Below, one piece after another: positions 26,538 through 35,972 of a DNA stretch of 40,111 nt. The stretch is from positions 1 to 40,111 of the forward strand of contig JAKALN010000003.1 in NCBI GenBank assembly GCA_021824155.1, written 5' to 3'. Positions within the stretch are counted from its first letter, which is position 1. Each line of letters begins with the position of its first letter. The position numbers and the translations under genes were made by a program. The DNA is from a bacterium. GTDB taxonomy: Bacteria; Patescibacteriota; Microgenomatia; Levybacterales; UBA12049. Below the pieces are notes generated by a model. It made no database searches. It was not told the origin of the DNA and worked only from the letters and a program-made list of their open reading frames with translations.

Positions 26538-29213
26538 GTGGCGAGGTCTTCTTTTATTACGTCGGAAAGAAACGAAGAAAACCCCATACTAATAGTTGAT
26601 AGAGTTGGGGCAATAGGTGATTTACTCCTTAGTCAGTTAAAAGACGAGTCTCTGGTTGTGTACGTAAGTCAAAAACAGCCCTCGGTGTCGGATAACGTAG
26701 TACACATTCCTTTTTTAAAAAAAATTCCTACAGTTCCGGATAATACTTACTCCCACATTTTTATAATAGACGACGGTACAAAGGCAACGAAAGACTCTCT
26801 CCCGAGTTTTATAAAAAAAGCGCAAAACGACAGGGGAGTATTTTTGTTTGCAACGCCAATCTCAAATATAAATGAAAAATATGTGCAGGGAATTTTAAAT
26901 ATTTATTCAAAAGCCAAGGTTGTTGTTTTTGGAGATGTATTTTTTAAGGATTTTATTTTTGATTCAAAAACGATTGTAAATAAATTTATTTATGAATCAC
27001 AAAATTTTGGGAAAATTAATGTTCCGGGGGACGGGACAAGGACAACATATCCCGTTTTTGCCGAAGATGTAGTTTCCGGAATTTTTGAGGCGGTGTTTGG
27101 TGAGGGCCAGAACAAAAACCTTTTCTATTTGTTCCCAAAACACGGAGCAACAAATATTACGCTTGCCCACATGATTCAAAAAATAAATCCGTCCGTGACT
27201 ATAGATTTTACAAAAGAAAAGAAATCAGATCAGAGTAATTTCGTTTTTTATCCCGAAGCAACATACCTTCTTGGGGAATATGATCTGGAAGAAAAAATAA
27301 AAAAAGTGGAACAAAAAAAAGACTACAAAGCGTTTCCTGCTTCGGCAAAGCCCGAAGAAGAAAAAAGGGGAAGATTTATTCTTCCGTTTTTTTGGCTTTT
27401 ATTTTGTATTGCGTTTTTTTTGTTTTTACCTCTTTTAACCACTTTGGGAGCGTCATTTTTAGGGCTGGAATCTTTAAAAAACTCCAAATCGGCTTTGGAT
27501 AAAGGCGATTTTGTTACTGCCCAAAGCAATATAGTAAGCGCGAATAAATTTTTTTCTCTGGCTCAAGGCACCTCAATGATACTTTTTTCAGAAGGAGAAT
27601 TAATAGGGCAGCCTAATATTTTTTCCACATTAAACAGCGACGTAAGCATGGGAAAAGATGTTTCAACTGCGGGGGTTTATCTTTTAAACGCATCAAGTTC
27701 TCTTGCAAAAGCGCTGTCGGGTAATCCGGCGGACGCAGCCTCCAATTTTACCGACGCTTCCAATTATCTTAAAAATGCCATTGTTATCTTTGAAAAAGAA
27801 AAAGCACAGGGGCAAAATTTCGCAAACATAACGGAAAAAATAGACCCGCTGATTACTTTTGCGTCAAATACAGTAAATGTATGGCCCGACCTTTTAGGAT
27901 ACAACGGCAAAAAGACATATATGATTCTTTTTCAAAACAATATGGAGCTTAGGCCCGGGGGAGGATTTATAGGTTCATACGGGATATTGAATTTAGACAA
28001 AGGCAAAGTTTCGGATTTTAAAATTTATGACGTGTATGACGCAGACGGACAATTAAAAGGACACGTAGAGCCGCCATTTGCCATCAGGCGTTATCTTGCG
28101 TCTGTCCACTGGTATTTAAGAGATAGTAATTTTAACGTCAGCTATGTTGATTCTGCTGCACAGGCTGCAAACTTTTTAAACATAGAAAAAGGGCAGATGG
28201 TTAACGGAGTAATCGGAGTTGACCTTTCTTTTGTAAAAAACATACTGAATGCAATGGGGGAAGTAAATGTTCCCGAGTATAATGAAAAAGTTAACTCCGA
28301 AAACGTCTTTCAGCTGACGGAGACACATGCGGAAAAGAATTTTTTTCCGGGCTCTACCCAAAAAAAAGATTTTCTAAGATCCTTGCTGGTCGCGATGGAA
28401 AATAAAATAACGGCAAAAAAAGGTATTTCCTATCTTTCCCTGGCTAAGGCAATCGGCGATTCAATTTCCCAAAAACATATACTTTTTGCATTCGATAACT
28501 CAAGTATCCAGAACCTTTTTACGGTTAACGGATGGTCGTCCTCTTTATGGGACGATAGGAGCTCCGATCCTAATGTAACAAACGATTTTATAGGCATAAA
28601 TGAGGCAAACCTTGGAATAAATAAAGACAACTACTTTATTAAAAGAAGCGTCTCTCAAGTAGTTAACATCGATGATAAGGGAAACGTGGAAGGAAATCTT
28701 ATGGTTGCATATAAAAATACAAATACAAATGGAGTTTGGCCCGGGGGGATTTATAAAAATTATATTAGGTTTATCCTGCCTCTTGGTGCAAGCGTAACTG
28801 CGGTAAAAATTAATGGACAGGTTCAAACTACGGTAGATGCAATTACAGACCCGCAAATTTATGAAAATAAAAATTTTACTCCTCCCGATAAGCTTGAAGT
28901 GGAAAAATATGTTCAGGAGGGAAAAACAATATACGGATTTCTAACCATTGTACCTGTAAATTCATTACAGACAATAAGCATTGATTATTCCCTGCCTCAG
29001 CAGGTTTCGGTTTCGTCGCCAGAAATAAGTTATGATTTGAAGGTTTTTAAACAACCCGGGACAGACGAGTACCCATTTGATTTTTCCCTTACATATCCTT
29101 CATCCTTTAAGGTTATTTCAACAACAGACGGACAAGACTCCGACGGCAGAGTTACATATTCGACAAGCCTAAACAGCGACAAGGAAATTCTTGTAAATTT
29201 AGCCAAAAAATAA
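26538..29213 (+). CDS. DUF4012-domain membrane protein with a degenerate SDR/epimerase-like N-terminal domain
   Basis: GTG start. C-terminal LFQNNMELRPGGGFIGSY, YDADGQL, LRDSNF, NEANLGINK, KQPG. N-terminal GDGTRTTYPVFAEDVVSGI. Confidence 0.82.
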   Translation: MARSSFITSERNEENPILIVDRVGAIGDLLLSQLKDESLVVYVSQKQPSVSDNVVHIPFLKKIPTVPDNTYSHIFIIDDGTKATKDSLPSFIKKAQNDRGVFLFATPISNINEKYVQGILNIYSKAKVVVFGDVFFKDFIFDSKTIVNKFIYESQNFGKINVPGDGTRTTYPVFAEDVVSGIFEAVFGEGQNKNLFYLFPKHGATNITLAHMIQKINPSVTIDFTKEKKSDQSNFVFYPEATYLLGEYDLEEKIKKVEQKKDYKAFPASAKPEEEKRGRFILPFFWLLFCIAFFLFLPLLTTLGASFLGLESLKNSKSALDKGDFVTAQSNIVSANKFFSLAQGTSMILFSEGELIGQPNIFSTLNSDVSMGKDVSTAGVYLLNASSSLAKALSGNPADAASNFTDASNYLKNAIVIFEKEKAQGQNFANITEKIDPLITFASNTVNVWPDLLGYNGKKTYMILFQNNMELRPGGGFIGSYGILNLDKGKVSDFKIYDVYDADGQLKGHVEPPFAIRRYLASVHWYLRDSNFNVSYVDSAAQAANFLNIEKGQMVNGVIGVDLSFVKNILNAMGEVNVPEYNEKVNSENVFQLTETHAEKNFFPGSTQKKDFLRSLLVAMENKITAKKGISYLSLAKAIGDSISQKHILFAFDNSSIQNLFTVNGWSSSLWDDRSSDPNVTNDFIGINEANLGINKDNYFIKRSVSQVVNIDDKGNVEGNLMVAYKNTNTNGVWPGGIYKNYIRFILPLGASVTAVKINGQVQTTVDAITDPQIYENKNFTPPDKLEVEKYVQEGKTIYGFLTIVPVNSLQTISIDYSLPQQVSVSSPEISYDLKVFKQPGTDEYPFDFSLTYPSSFKVISTTDGQDSDGRVTYSTSLNSDKEILVNLAKK

Positions 29214-29813
29214 CTTGTGGTCTTTGTTTCTCCTTATGTCTCTTCCGTAGGCTATAAGAAGCAGTGTAACCCTCGGCCAATCTTTTTTATCGAATAATTT
29301 CATCAGATCCTTTTCAATTTTTTCAGGATCGGTATTTTTTGTAAAACCCAATTCTTCGGAAACCTTTCTTACATGGGTATCAACAGCAATGCCTTCTATT
29401 TTCCCAAAGGCATTATAAAGGACAACGTTTGCAGTTTTTCTTCCTACTCCTGGAAGAGTAGTTAATTGGTCCATTGTTTTTGGAATCCTACCTTGGAATT
29501 TTTCCAGAATCTTTTGTGATGCAAGTTTAATGTTCTTCGCTTTTGTTTTGTATAAGCCTACAGAGTTAATATCTTTTTCCAGCTTGTTTAGATCTGCTTT
29601 TGCGAAATTAGATATTTCCTCAATTTCACTTTTACCTGCGTATTTTTTAAATAATATAGGAGTTATTTTGTTAACTTGTCTGTCTGTGGTTTGGGCGGAA
29701 AGCATGACGGAAATTAAAAGTTCAACATTATTGGAATAGGCAAGCGCTATTTTAGTATTGGGGTATTTTTTCTCCAATGCAGCCAAAATTTTTTTTGCTT
29801 TTTGTCTGTCCAT
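29199..29813 (-). CDS. nth: Endonuclease III (HhH-GPD DNA glycosylase) lacking the Fe-S cluster loop
   Basis: LSAQTTD, LPGVGRKTANVV, AVDTHV; no cysteines. ATG 29813 lies 7 nt after TATAAT. Confidence 0.9.
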   Translation of the reverse strand: MDRQKAKKILAALEKKYPNTKIALAYSNNVELLISVMLSAQTTDRQVNKITPILFKKYAGKSEIEEISNFAKADLNKLEKDINSVGLYKTKAKNIKLASQKILEKFQGRIPKTMDQLTTLPGVGRKTANVVLYNAFGKIEGIAVDTHVRKVSEELGFTKNTDPEKIEKDLMKLFDKKDWPRVTLLLIAYGRDIRRNKDHKLFFG

Positions 29814-29838
29814 CAAAAAGATTATACCTTAAAAAGAC

Positions 29839-30057
29839 TTATTCAGTAGATTTTTTTGCGGCATCAAAAACAGGAATTAATCTTGTTGTCTTTAAATCGA
29901 TTTCTCCCCGTTTTGCGATTATCTTTATTCCGGTATCGGGATGTATGAATCTTCCTACCCCGTCCTGTCCCTTAAAAGCATCGGCCGTTTCGCCGGGTTG
30001 GGCCAACAAGTCCGCCATGCTTCTTTCCGCTCCTGGTAAAAATTCTGCAAGTGACAT
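29839..30057 (-). CDS. Small hypothetical protein (72 aa)
   Basis: ATG lies 6 nt after TATAGT (30069-30064); fills the gap between nth and the next gene. Confidence 0.6.
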   Translation of the reverse strand: MSLAEFLPGAERSMADLLAQPGETADAFKGQDGVGRFIHPDTGIKIIAKRGEIDLKTTRLIPVFDAAKKSTE

Positions 30058-30180
30058 AAAAATACTATAGAAGGTTTATCTTCCATTCGCTTGACTCAAT
30101 AAAGACCGTTTTTTGACAAAAACCTGACAAAATAAATCATTGATAAAAACCCGTAATGCAATTACAATAGGTGCACTAAT

Positions 30181-31485
30181 ATGGATAAAACAATAGGGGC
30201 GGCAAATTACCCGATATATTTTAGGAAAGAGGACGCAGAAGATTTGGGGGAGCATATAAGACACAGGCACTCGGTTGTTCTTTTGGGTATAAAAAGAGTA
30301 GGGATAAGTAATTTTCTTAATTTTTTTATTGGTAACAGGGAAGTGCAGGACACTTATGTTAAAGGGAAATCAAAACATCTTTTTATCCCCGTAGATTTAA
30401 ACGATTTGGTGGAAAGCGAAATTCAGCCGTTTTGGACGCTTACGTTAAAAAGAATAGTCGATGCCGTTGAGGTTTCTCCAATGAACCCTACTGTTAAAAA
30501 AGAAATAAGCGAATTATTCTTAGAAAGTATTCAGCTTCAGGATTTGTTTTTTACAATCGATAGCGTAAGGCTTTCGATTAAAAAGATAATAGACCAGGGA
30601 TATTTACCCACTCTTTTTCTGATAAGGTTCGATAGATTGATGAACTCGGTAACACCCGAATTATTTGCAAACCTTGCTGGGCTTAGAGACGGAGCGCATC
30701 AGCAGCTTTCTTATGTATTCACAAGTTTTTTGCCTTTTAAGCGGATTTTTCCGGATGTTTTTCAGCACGCGGCGCTTTTAGTTGGGTATAAAAACGTTTA
30801 TATAAAGCCGGCAAAAAAAGAAGACGAAAGGATAATTCTAAATACCTACAAGAAAAGATACGATGTTGAACTCGAGGACGAAACAGAAGAGTATTTGCTT
30901 AAGCTTGTTGACGGCCATTTCAGATATTTACAGCTGGCTCTTATTATTCTTCATGAGCGGGGAATGGCTAAAAAAAATAAAAAAGACCTTTTTGACTATC
31001 TTGTTTCCGACGAAGGGATTAGGCTGCAGTCAGAAGAGTTATGGGAAAACTTAAATAAGGACGAGCAGACAATCCTTCTTAAAATTGTAAAAAAAGAAAA
31101 AATATCAAAAGAGGAAAAGAAAAAAGGGGAATATTTATGGAACAGCGGTTTTATAAAAGACGATAATAATGATCAGAGAATATTTAATTCCTTTTTTGAA
31201 TATTATGTTAAAGAAAGAGAGAAAGAAGAGCAAAAAGAGAATTCGGCAGAGTTCAGCAAAAAAGAGCTTTTGCTTTTTAATTTTTTGAAAGACAATAAGA
31301 ATGAAATTTGCGAGAGGGAAAGAATTATAGAGGAAGTCTGGCCCGAGGAAGAGGAGATGGGAGTTTCGGATTGGGCAATAGATAAGCTTGTTGGAAGAGT
31401 TAGGGGAAAATTAAAAAACCAAAATAATAATTTTGAGATACAAACCGTTAAAACAAGGGGTTATAAACTTATAGAATCCGTTTGA
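30181..31485 (+). CDS. Degenerate P-loop domain plus C-terminal OmpR/PhoB-type winged-helix regulator (paralog of 9726-11054)
   Basis: LLGIKRVGISNFL, FLIRFDRL, PELFANLAGLRD. C-terminal FSKKELLLFNFL...RERIIEEVW...AIDKLVGRVRGKL...IQTVKTRGYKL. Promoter TTGATA-17-TACAAT (30140-30168). Confidence 0.85.
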   Translation: MDKTIGAANYPIYFRKEDAEDLGEHIRHRHSVVLLGIKRVGISNFLNFFIGNREVQDTYVKGKSKHLFIPVDLNDLVESEIQPFWTLTLKRIVDAVEVSPMNPTVKKEISELFLESIQLQDLFFTIDSVRLSIKKIIDQGYLPTLFLIRFDRLMNSVTPELFANLAGLRDGAHQQLSYVFTSFLPFKRIFPDVFQHAALLVGYKNVYIKPAKKEDERIILNTYKKRYDVELEDETEEYLLKLVDGHFRYLQLALIILHERGMAKKNKKDLFDYLVSDEGIRLQSEELWENLNKDEQTILLKIVKKEKISKEEKKKGEYLWNSGFIKDDNNDQRIFNSFFEYYVKEREKEEQKENSAEFSKKELLLFNFLKDNKNEICERERIIEEVWPEEEEMGVSDWAIDKLVGRVRGKLKNQNNNFEIQTVKTRGYKLIESV

Positions 31486-31516
31486 ACGCTTTTTGAGGCT
31501 ATGTTAGAATAAACTG

Positions 31517-33691
31517 ATGGATAAAATCTATAACAATAAAAATGTAGAAGAGAAAATATACAAGAAATGGGGAGATAAAGGCTTTTTTAAGCCTGAAGAA
31601 AGGTTTGGCAGCAAAAAAAAGTTTTCTATAATTTTACCTCCCCCTAATGCCAATGCTCCGCTTCATTTCGGCCATGCAATGTATGTAACAGAAGATATTC
31701 TGGTCCGTTTCCACAGAATGAAAGGACATAAGACCCTTTGGCTTCCCGGAGCCGACCACGCGGGATTCGAAACGCAATTTGTTTACGAAAAAAAACTTCA
31801 GGAGGCGGGAGAATCACGTTTTGATTATAAAAGGGAAGAGCTTTATAAAATGATATGGGATTACGTGCAGGAAAACAGAAAAGGAATGGAAAACCAGTTA
31901 AAAAGATTGGGTTTTTCTCTTGATTGGGAAAGACGCAAGTTCACTCTGGATGAAGATATTACAAAAATTGTTTATCAGACGTTTAAAAATCTTTATGACG
32001 ACAGATTGCTTTATAGACAAAAAAGGCTTGTTAATTACTGTACTTTTGACGGTACCAGTTTTTCCGACCTTGAGGTAATCTACGAAGAAAGGAAAAATCC
32101 GCTTTTCTATATTAAATACGGCCCTTTGGTTTTGGCCACCACCAGGCCGGAAACTAAGTTTGGGGATACTGCGGTTGCAGTTAACCCGGAAGATAAGAGA
32201 TACCAAAAATACATTGGCAAAGAAATAGAAATAGAAACCGTTTTAGGAAAAGCAAAGATTAAAGTCGTTGCGGATAAAATGGTTGATCCAAGCTTTGGAA
32301 CGGGTGCGGTTAAGATAACTCCCGCCCATGATTTTGATGATTTTGAGGTTGCCCAAAGACACAATCTGCCTATGGTTGCGGTAATAGGTTTTGATGGGAA
32401 AATGAATAAAAAAGCAGGCAAATTTGAAGGTTTATACGTAAGGCAAGCAAGAAAAGCGGTTGTTGAGGAAATGCAAAAAAAAGGTTTAATAGAAAAAATA
32501 GATGAAAATTATGTGCACAGAATTGGAGTCTGTTACAAATGTAAAAACCCCATAGAGCCTCTTCCTATGGAGCAATGGTTTGTAAAAATGCAGCCTTTGG
32601 CAAAAAAAGCTATAGATACTGTTAAAAAAGGAGATATAAAAATCCACCCTAAAAGTTTTGAAAAGCTTTATTTCCAATTTTTGGAAAATATCCATGACTG
32701 GAACATTTCAAGACAGCTTGTGTGGGGGATTAGGATACCCGCTTTTAAATGTGAAAAATGCGGGGAGTGGGAAGTGACAGAAGGTGAGCTTCGGGAAAAA
32801 TGCGGGAAATGCTCGGGAAAAATGGTCCAGGACACCGATACGTTTGATACCTGGTTTTCTTCCGGACAATGGCCGTACGCCACTTTAAAAACAACAGACA
32901 GTCTTGAATTTTATCCTACAAGCGTAATGGAGACAGGATACGATATTTTGCGTTGGTGGGTAGCAAGGATGGTAATGCTTGGAATATATATACAAGAGAA
33001 AGAGGGGATAAAAGACGTAAAGCAGCAAGTTCCGTTTGAAAACGTTGTTTTACACGGACTCGTAAATGATCCTCTTGGGAAAAAAATGAGCAAAAGTAAG
33101 GGGAATGTAATTAATCCTTTGGAGTTGGTTGACCAGTATGGGGCGGATGCGGTAAGGTTTGCCCTTGTGTATGGAACAGCCTTGGGAAATGACCAATCCC
33201 TTTCTTATCCAAAGCTTCAGGCAATGAGAAACTTTACAAATAAGCTTTGGAATATGGCAAGGTTTATAGAATTCCAAGGAAATGAAAGGACTTTCAAAAC
33301 ATCAGAATTATCAATAAAAGAAATGCAGATTTTATCAAAAAAACATGGAGACGAAGATATATGGAAAAGTGACAGAGAGATGGTTCAGAAAATAGAAGAA
33401 ATAACTTCTGAGGTGACTAGACTTTTGGAAAAATACGATTTTAATCATGCCGCACAAAACCTGTATGATTTTACCTGGCATGAGTTCGCGGATATTTATA
33501 TAGAAGAATCGAAAAGAACGTTGAACAATAATGATGCTTCTGGTAAAGATACTTTTGAGGTTTTAAGCTCTTCTTTTTTAATTCTCCTTAAATTAATTCA
33601 TCCCTTCATGCCATTTGTAACGGAAGAAATTTATGACGTGCTCTACGGCGGGGAAGAGGATTTGATTGTAAGTAAGTGGCCTTCTTTATGA
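31517..33691 (+). CDS. valS: Valine--tRNA ligase (C-terminal coiled-coil arm absent)
   Basis: PPPNANAPLHFGHA, ATTRPET, DWNISRQLVWG, DTWFSS, KMSKS; ends shortly after HPFMPFVTEE...WP. Confidence 0.97.
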   Translation: MDKIYNNKNVEEKIYKKWGDKGFFKPEERFGSKKKFSIILPPPNANAPLHFGHAMYVTEDILVRFHRMKGHKTLWLPGADHAGFETQFVYEKKLQEAGESRFDYKREELYKMIWDYVQENRKGMENQLKRLGFSLDWERRKFTLDEDITKIVYQTFKNLYDDRLLYRQKRLVNYCTFDGTSFSDLEVIYEERKNPLFYIKYGPLVLATTRPETKFGDTAVAVNPEDKRYQKYIGKEIEIETVLGKAKIKVVADKMVDPSFGTGAVKITPAHDFDDFEVAQRHNLPMVAVIGFDGKMNKKAGKFEGLYVRQARKAVVEEMQKKGLIEKIDENYVHRIGVCYKCKNPIEPLPMEQWFVKMQPLAKKAIDTVKKGDIKIHPKSFEKLYFQFLENIHDWNISRQLVWGIRIPAFKCEKCGEWEVTEGELREKCGKCSGKMVQDTDTFDTWFSSGQWPYATLKTTDSLEFYPTSVMETGYDILRWWVARMVMLGIYIQEKEGIKDVKQQVPFENVVLHGLVNDPLGKKMSKSKGNVINPLELVDQYGADAVRFALVYGTALGNDQSLSYPKLQAMRNFTNKLWNMARFIEFQGNERTFKTSELSIKEMQILSKKHGDEDIWKSDREMVQKIEEITSEVTRLLEKYDFNHAAQNLYDFTWHEFADIYIEESKRTLNNNDASGKDTFEVLSSSFLILLKLIHPFMPFVTEEIYDVLYGGEEDLIVSKWPSL

Positions 33692-34095
33692 AAAAAATAA
33701 CTGCCATAAAACCGCAATTCCCGAGGATTTCCCGCATTTTCCCCGAAAGCCATAAATTTGTTCAGTTCATAACAATTTTTAAAAAAATGTTTTTAGCGTT
33801 TGTTTTTACTTCGATATTCGTTTTTATGTTATTTATATTGGCAGACTTATACAGAAATTACGGGGAAAACCAAATAGTTCAGGCGCAAAGGGAAAAGCTG
33901 ATAAGCGAAATAAATACATGGAAGTCCTTTTCGCAAAAATACCCTAATTACAAAGAGGTATATTTCCAAATAGCGGTTAGGGAGTTTGAGCTTGGAAAAT
34001 ATTCAGAGGCAGGTAATTATCTTCAAAAAGCTTTATTTATAGATCCAAGTTACGGGGAAGCACTAAAATTAAAAAAAGCGCTGACAGGAAAATAA
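33688..34095 (+). CDS. Membrane-anchored TPR-like protein
   Basis: ATGA overlap with valS; TM helix, then YPNYKEVYFQIA...LGKYSEAGNYLQKALFIDPSY. Confidence 0.78.
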   Translation: MKKITAIKPQFPRISRIFPESHKFVQFITIFKKMFLAFVFTSIFVFMLFILADLYRNYGENQIVQAQREKLISEINTWKSFSQKYPNYKEVYFQIAVREFELGKYSEAGNYLQKALFIDPSYGEALKLKKALTGK

Positions 34096-34096
34096 A

Positions 34097-34816
34097 TTAT
34101 TGAGCGGGAGCTTCTGCCGGTTTTTCTTCGTTTGGTTTTGCTTCTTCTGCAGGTTGTTCTCCCTCCGCAGGAGCTTCTCCTTCTGCCGGTGCTTCCGCAC
34201 CCGCTTCTGCCGCCGCAGCCTCAGCTGCCGCAGCTTCCTCTGCTGCCTGTTCCTGGGCTTCCTTACTTACTAATTCACCTATTTTTGCAACAACCTGTTC
34301 TGCTTCCGTAAGAATAGTAACTCCCTGAGGAACCTTAAGGTCAGAAACGGTAATTTGATCGTCAACTGCTGCTAAATGTTCAACATTTACTTCAATGTGC
34401 TCGGGAAGATCTTCGGGAAGCGCTTCTACTTCAACTTCTGAAATAATATTCATCAAAAGTCCGACTTTGTCTGTTTCTGCTTTGGGTTCACCTATAACTT
34501 CCAAAGGAACAGCTGTTTTTACTTTCTCTTTAAGGTTTACCTGGAAAAAATCTGCGTGTAAAACATTATTTCTGTAATCGCTTTGTACGTTGTGGATAAG
34601 AACCGGAATCATTTTTCCGTCCAGCTCCAAATCAATGAGTCCTGTTTCTCCTGATTCTTTAAAAACTGCTGCAAATTCTTTTATTGGGAGCTCAACAGCG
34701 GTAGATTTAATATCTCCTCCATAGACGTTTGCGGGTAAAATACCTTCTCTTCGGAGTTTTTTAACCTGTTTGCCCAAGATTTTTCTCTTTTCTACTGCCA
34801 GTTTTTGTCTTTTCAT
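34097..34816 (-). CDS. rplY: 50S ribosomal protein L25/Ctc
   Basis: KKLRREGILPANVYG, HADFFQV, LPEHIEVNV; acidic Ala/Glu tail. Confidence 0.96.
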   Translation of the reverse strand: MKRQKLAVEKRKILGKQVKKLRREGILPANVYGGDIKSTAVELPIKEFAAVFKESGETGLIDLELDGKMIPVLIHNVQSDYRNNVLHADFFQVNLKEKVKTAVPLEVIGEPKAETDKVGLLMNIISEVEVEALPEDLPEHIEVNVEHLAAVDDQITVSDLKVPQGVTILTEAEQVVAKIGELVSKEAQEQAAEEAAAAEAAAAEAGAEAPAEGEAPAEGEQPAEEAKPNEEKPAEAPAQ

Positions 34817-34888
34817 TAAGTTCTTATTCTACAGGAAATGCCAATTTATTACAATAGCCATCAATTGTGATAATATAGTCTTGAAATA

Positions 34889-35368
34889 ATGACGATACTT
34901 GGAATTGACCCCGGAATTGCAAGATGCGGATGGGCAGTGCTGGAAGCTAGAGGAGTGAAGCTGGAGGCTAGAGATTTCGGATGCATTGAAACGCCGAGCT
35001 CAATGGAGGTTTCTTTAAGGCTTTCGGTGATTTATAAAGAAATTACAAAATTAATAAAAAAATACTCTCCGGATGCTCTGGTTTTGGAAGAACTGTTTTT
35101 TAATACAAACGCAAAAACAGCTTTTGTAGTAGGTCAGGCAAGGGGAGCGGTTCTTTTATCGGGGGCGGAAAATGGCCTTAAAAACTATATATATACTCCA
35201 TTGCAGGTAAAAATTGCAGTAACCGGATACGGAAGAGCGGAAAAAGAACAGGTAGGAAAAATGGTAAAAACAATTCTAGCCCTGGAAAAGATTCCAAAAC
35301 CCGATGATACCGCGGATGCTTTGGCAATAGCAATAACGCATGCTTTCTCTGCGAAAATGGCAAAATGA
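34889..35368 (+). CDS. ruvC: Holliday junction resolvase
   Basis: ILGIDPG, EELFFNTN, GQARG, GYGRAEKEQV, PDDTADALAIA. Confidence 0.97.
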   Translation: MTILGIDPGIARCGWAVLEARGVKLEARDFGCIETPSSMEVSLRLSVIYKEITKLIKKYSPDALVLEELFFNTNAKTAFVVGQARGAVLLSGAENGLKNYIYTPLQVKIAVTGYGRAEKEQVGKMVKTILALEKIPKPDDTADALAIAITHAFSAKMAK

Positions 35369-35396
35369 CCTGTGTTATAATCTACTCAATTGGAAT

Positions 35397-35972
35397 ATGA
35401 TAGGCTCTCTTAACGGAACAATTGAAATACTGGATAGACCTTATGCGATAGTTGATGTTAACGGAGTCGGATACAAAGTATTGGTTTACGACAGCCTTTT
35501 TGCAAAATTATCCCCTAAAGAAAAAATTAAACTTTTTACTTACACATACGTTAGGGAAGACGCTTTGGAACTTTTTGGCTTTGAAGACGCCTCCGATTTA
35601 AAACTTTTCGAAAAACTTATTTCTGTTTCGGGAATCGGCCCGAGAACCGCCCTAAATATTTTTTCGGTTGGAACAAGGGACCAGATAACGGATGCTGTTG
35701 TAAGGGGAGACGTTTCGTTTTTTACATCGGTTCCCAGGCTTGGAACAAAAAACGCACAGAGAATAATTATTGAGCTTAAAAATAAACTTGGTGGCACAGT
35801 TGATATTGACCTTTCCGGGAAAGAACAAATGGAAAACAACGAAGTAATACTGGCTCTTAAAAATTTCGGGTTTTCAACATCTGAAGCCCAGAAAGCATTA
35901 AGGGAAATAAAAACAGCAGGATTAAAAACGGAAGAGAAAATAAGACTGGCCCTTAAGGCGCTATCGCGCTAA
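35397..35972 (+). CDS. ruvA: Holliday junction branch migration protein
   Basis: MIGSLNG...DVNGVGY, VREDALELFGF, VSGIGPRTA. Extended -10 TGTGTTATAAT at 35371-35381. Confidence 0.97.
   Translation: MIGSLNGTIEILDRPYAIVDVNGVGYKVLVYDSLFAKLSPKEKIKLFTYTYVREDALELFGFEDASDLKLFEKLISVSGIGPRTALNIFSVGTRDQITDAVVRGDVSFFTSVPRLGTKNAQRIIIELKNKLGGTVDIDLSGKEQMENNEVILALKNFGFSTSEAQKALREIKTAGLKTEEKIRLALKALSR

Noticed and set aside
34130..34260. Repetitive Ala/Glu/Pro codons at the rplY 3' end
   Set aside because: This is the ordinary acidic low-complexity tail of Ctc-type L25.
34591..34599. Perfect DnaA box TGTGGATAA inside rplY
   Set aside because: It is a single copy in coding sequence (LIH codons) and is plausibly chance.
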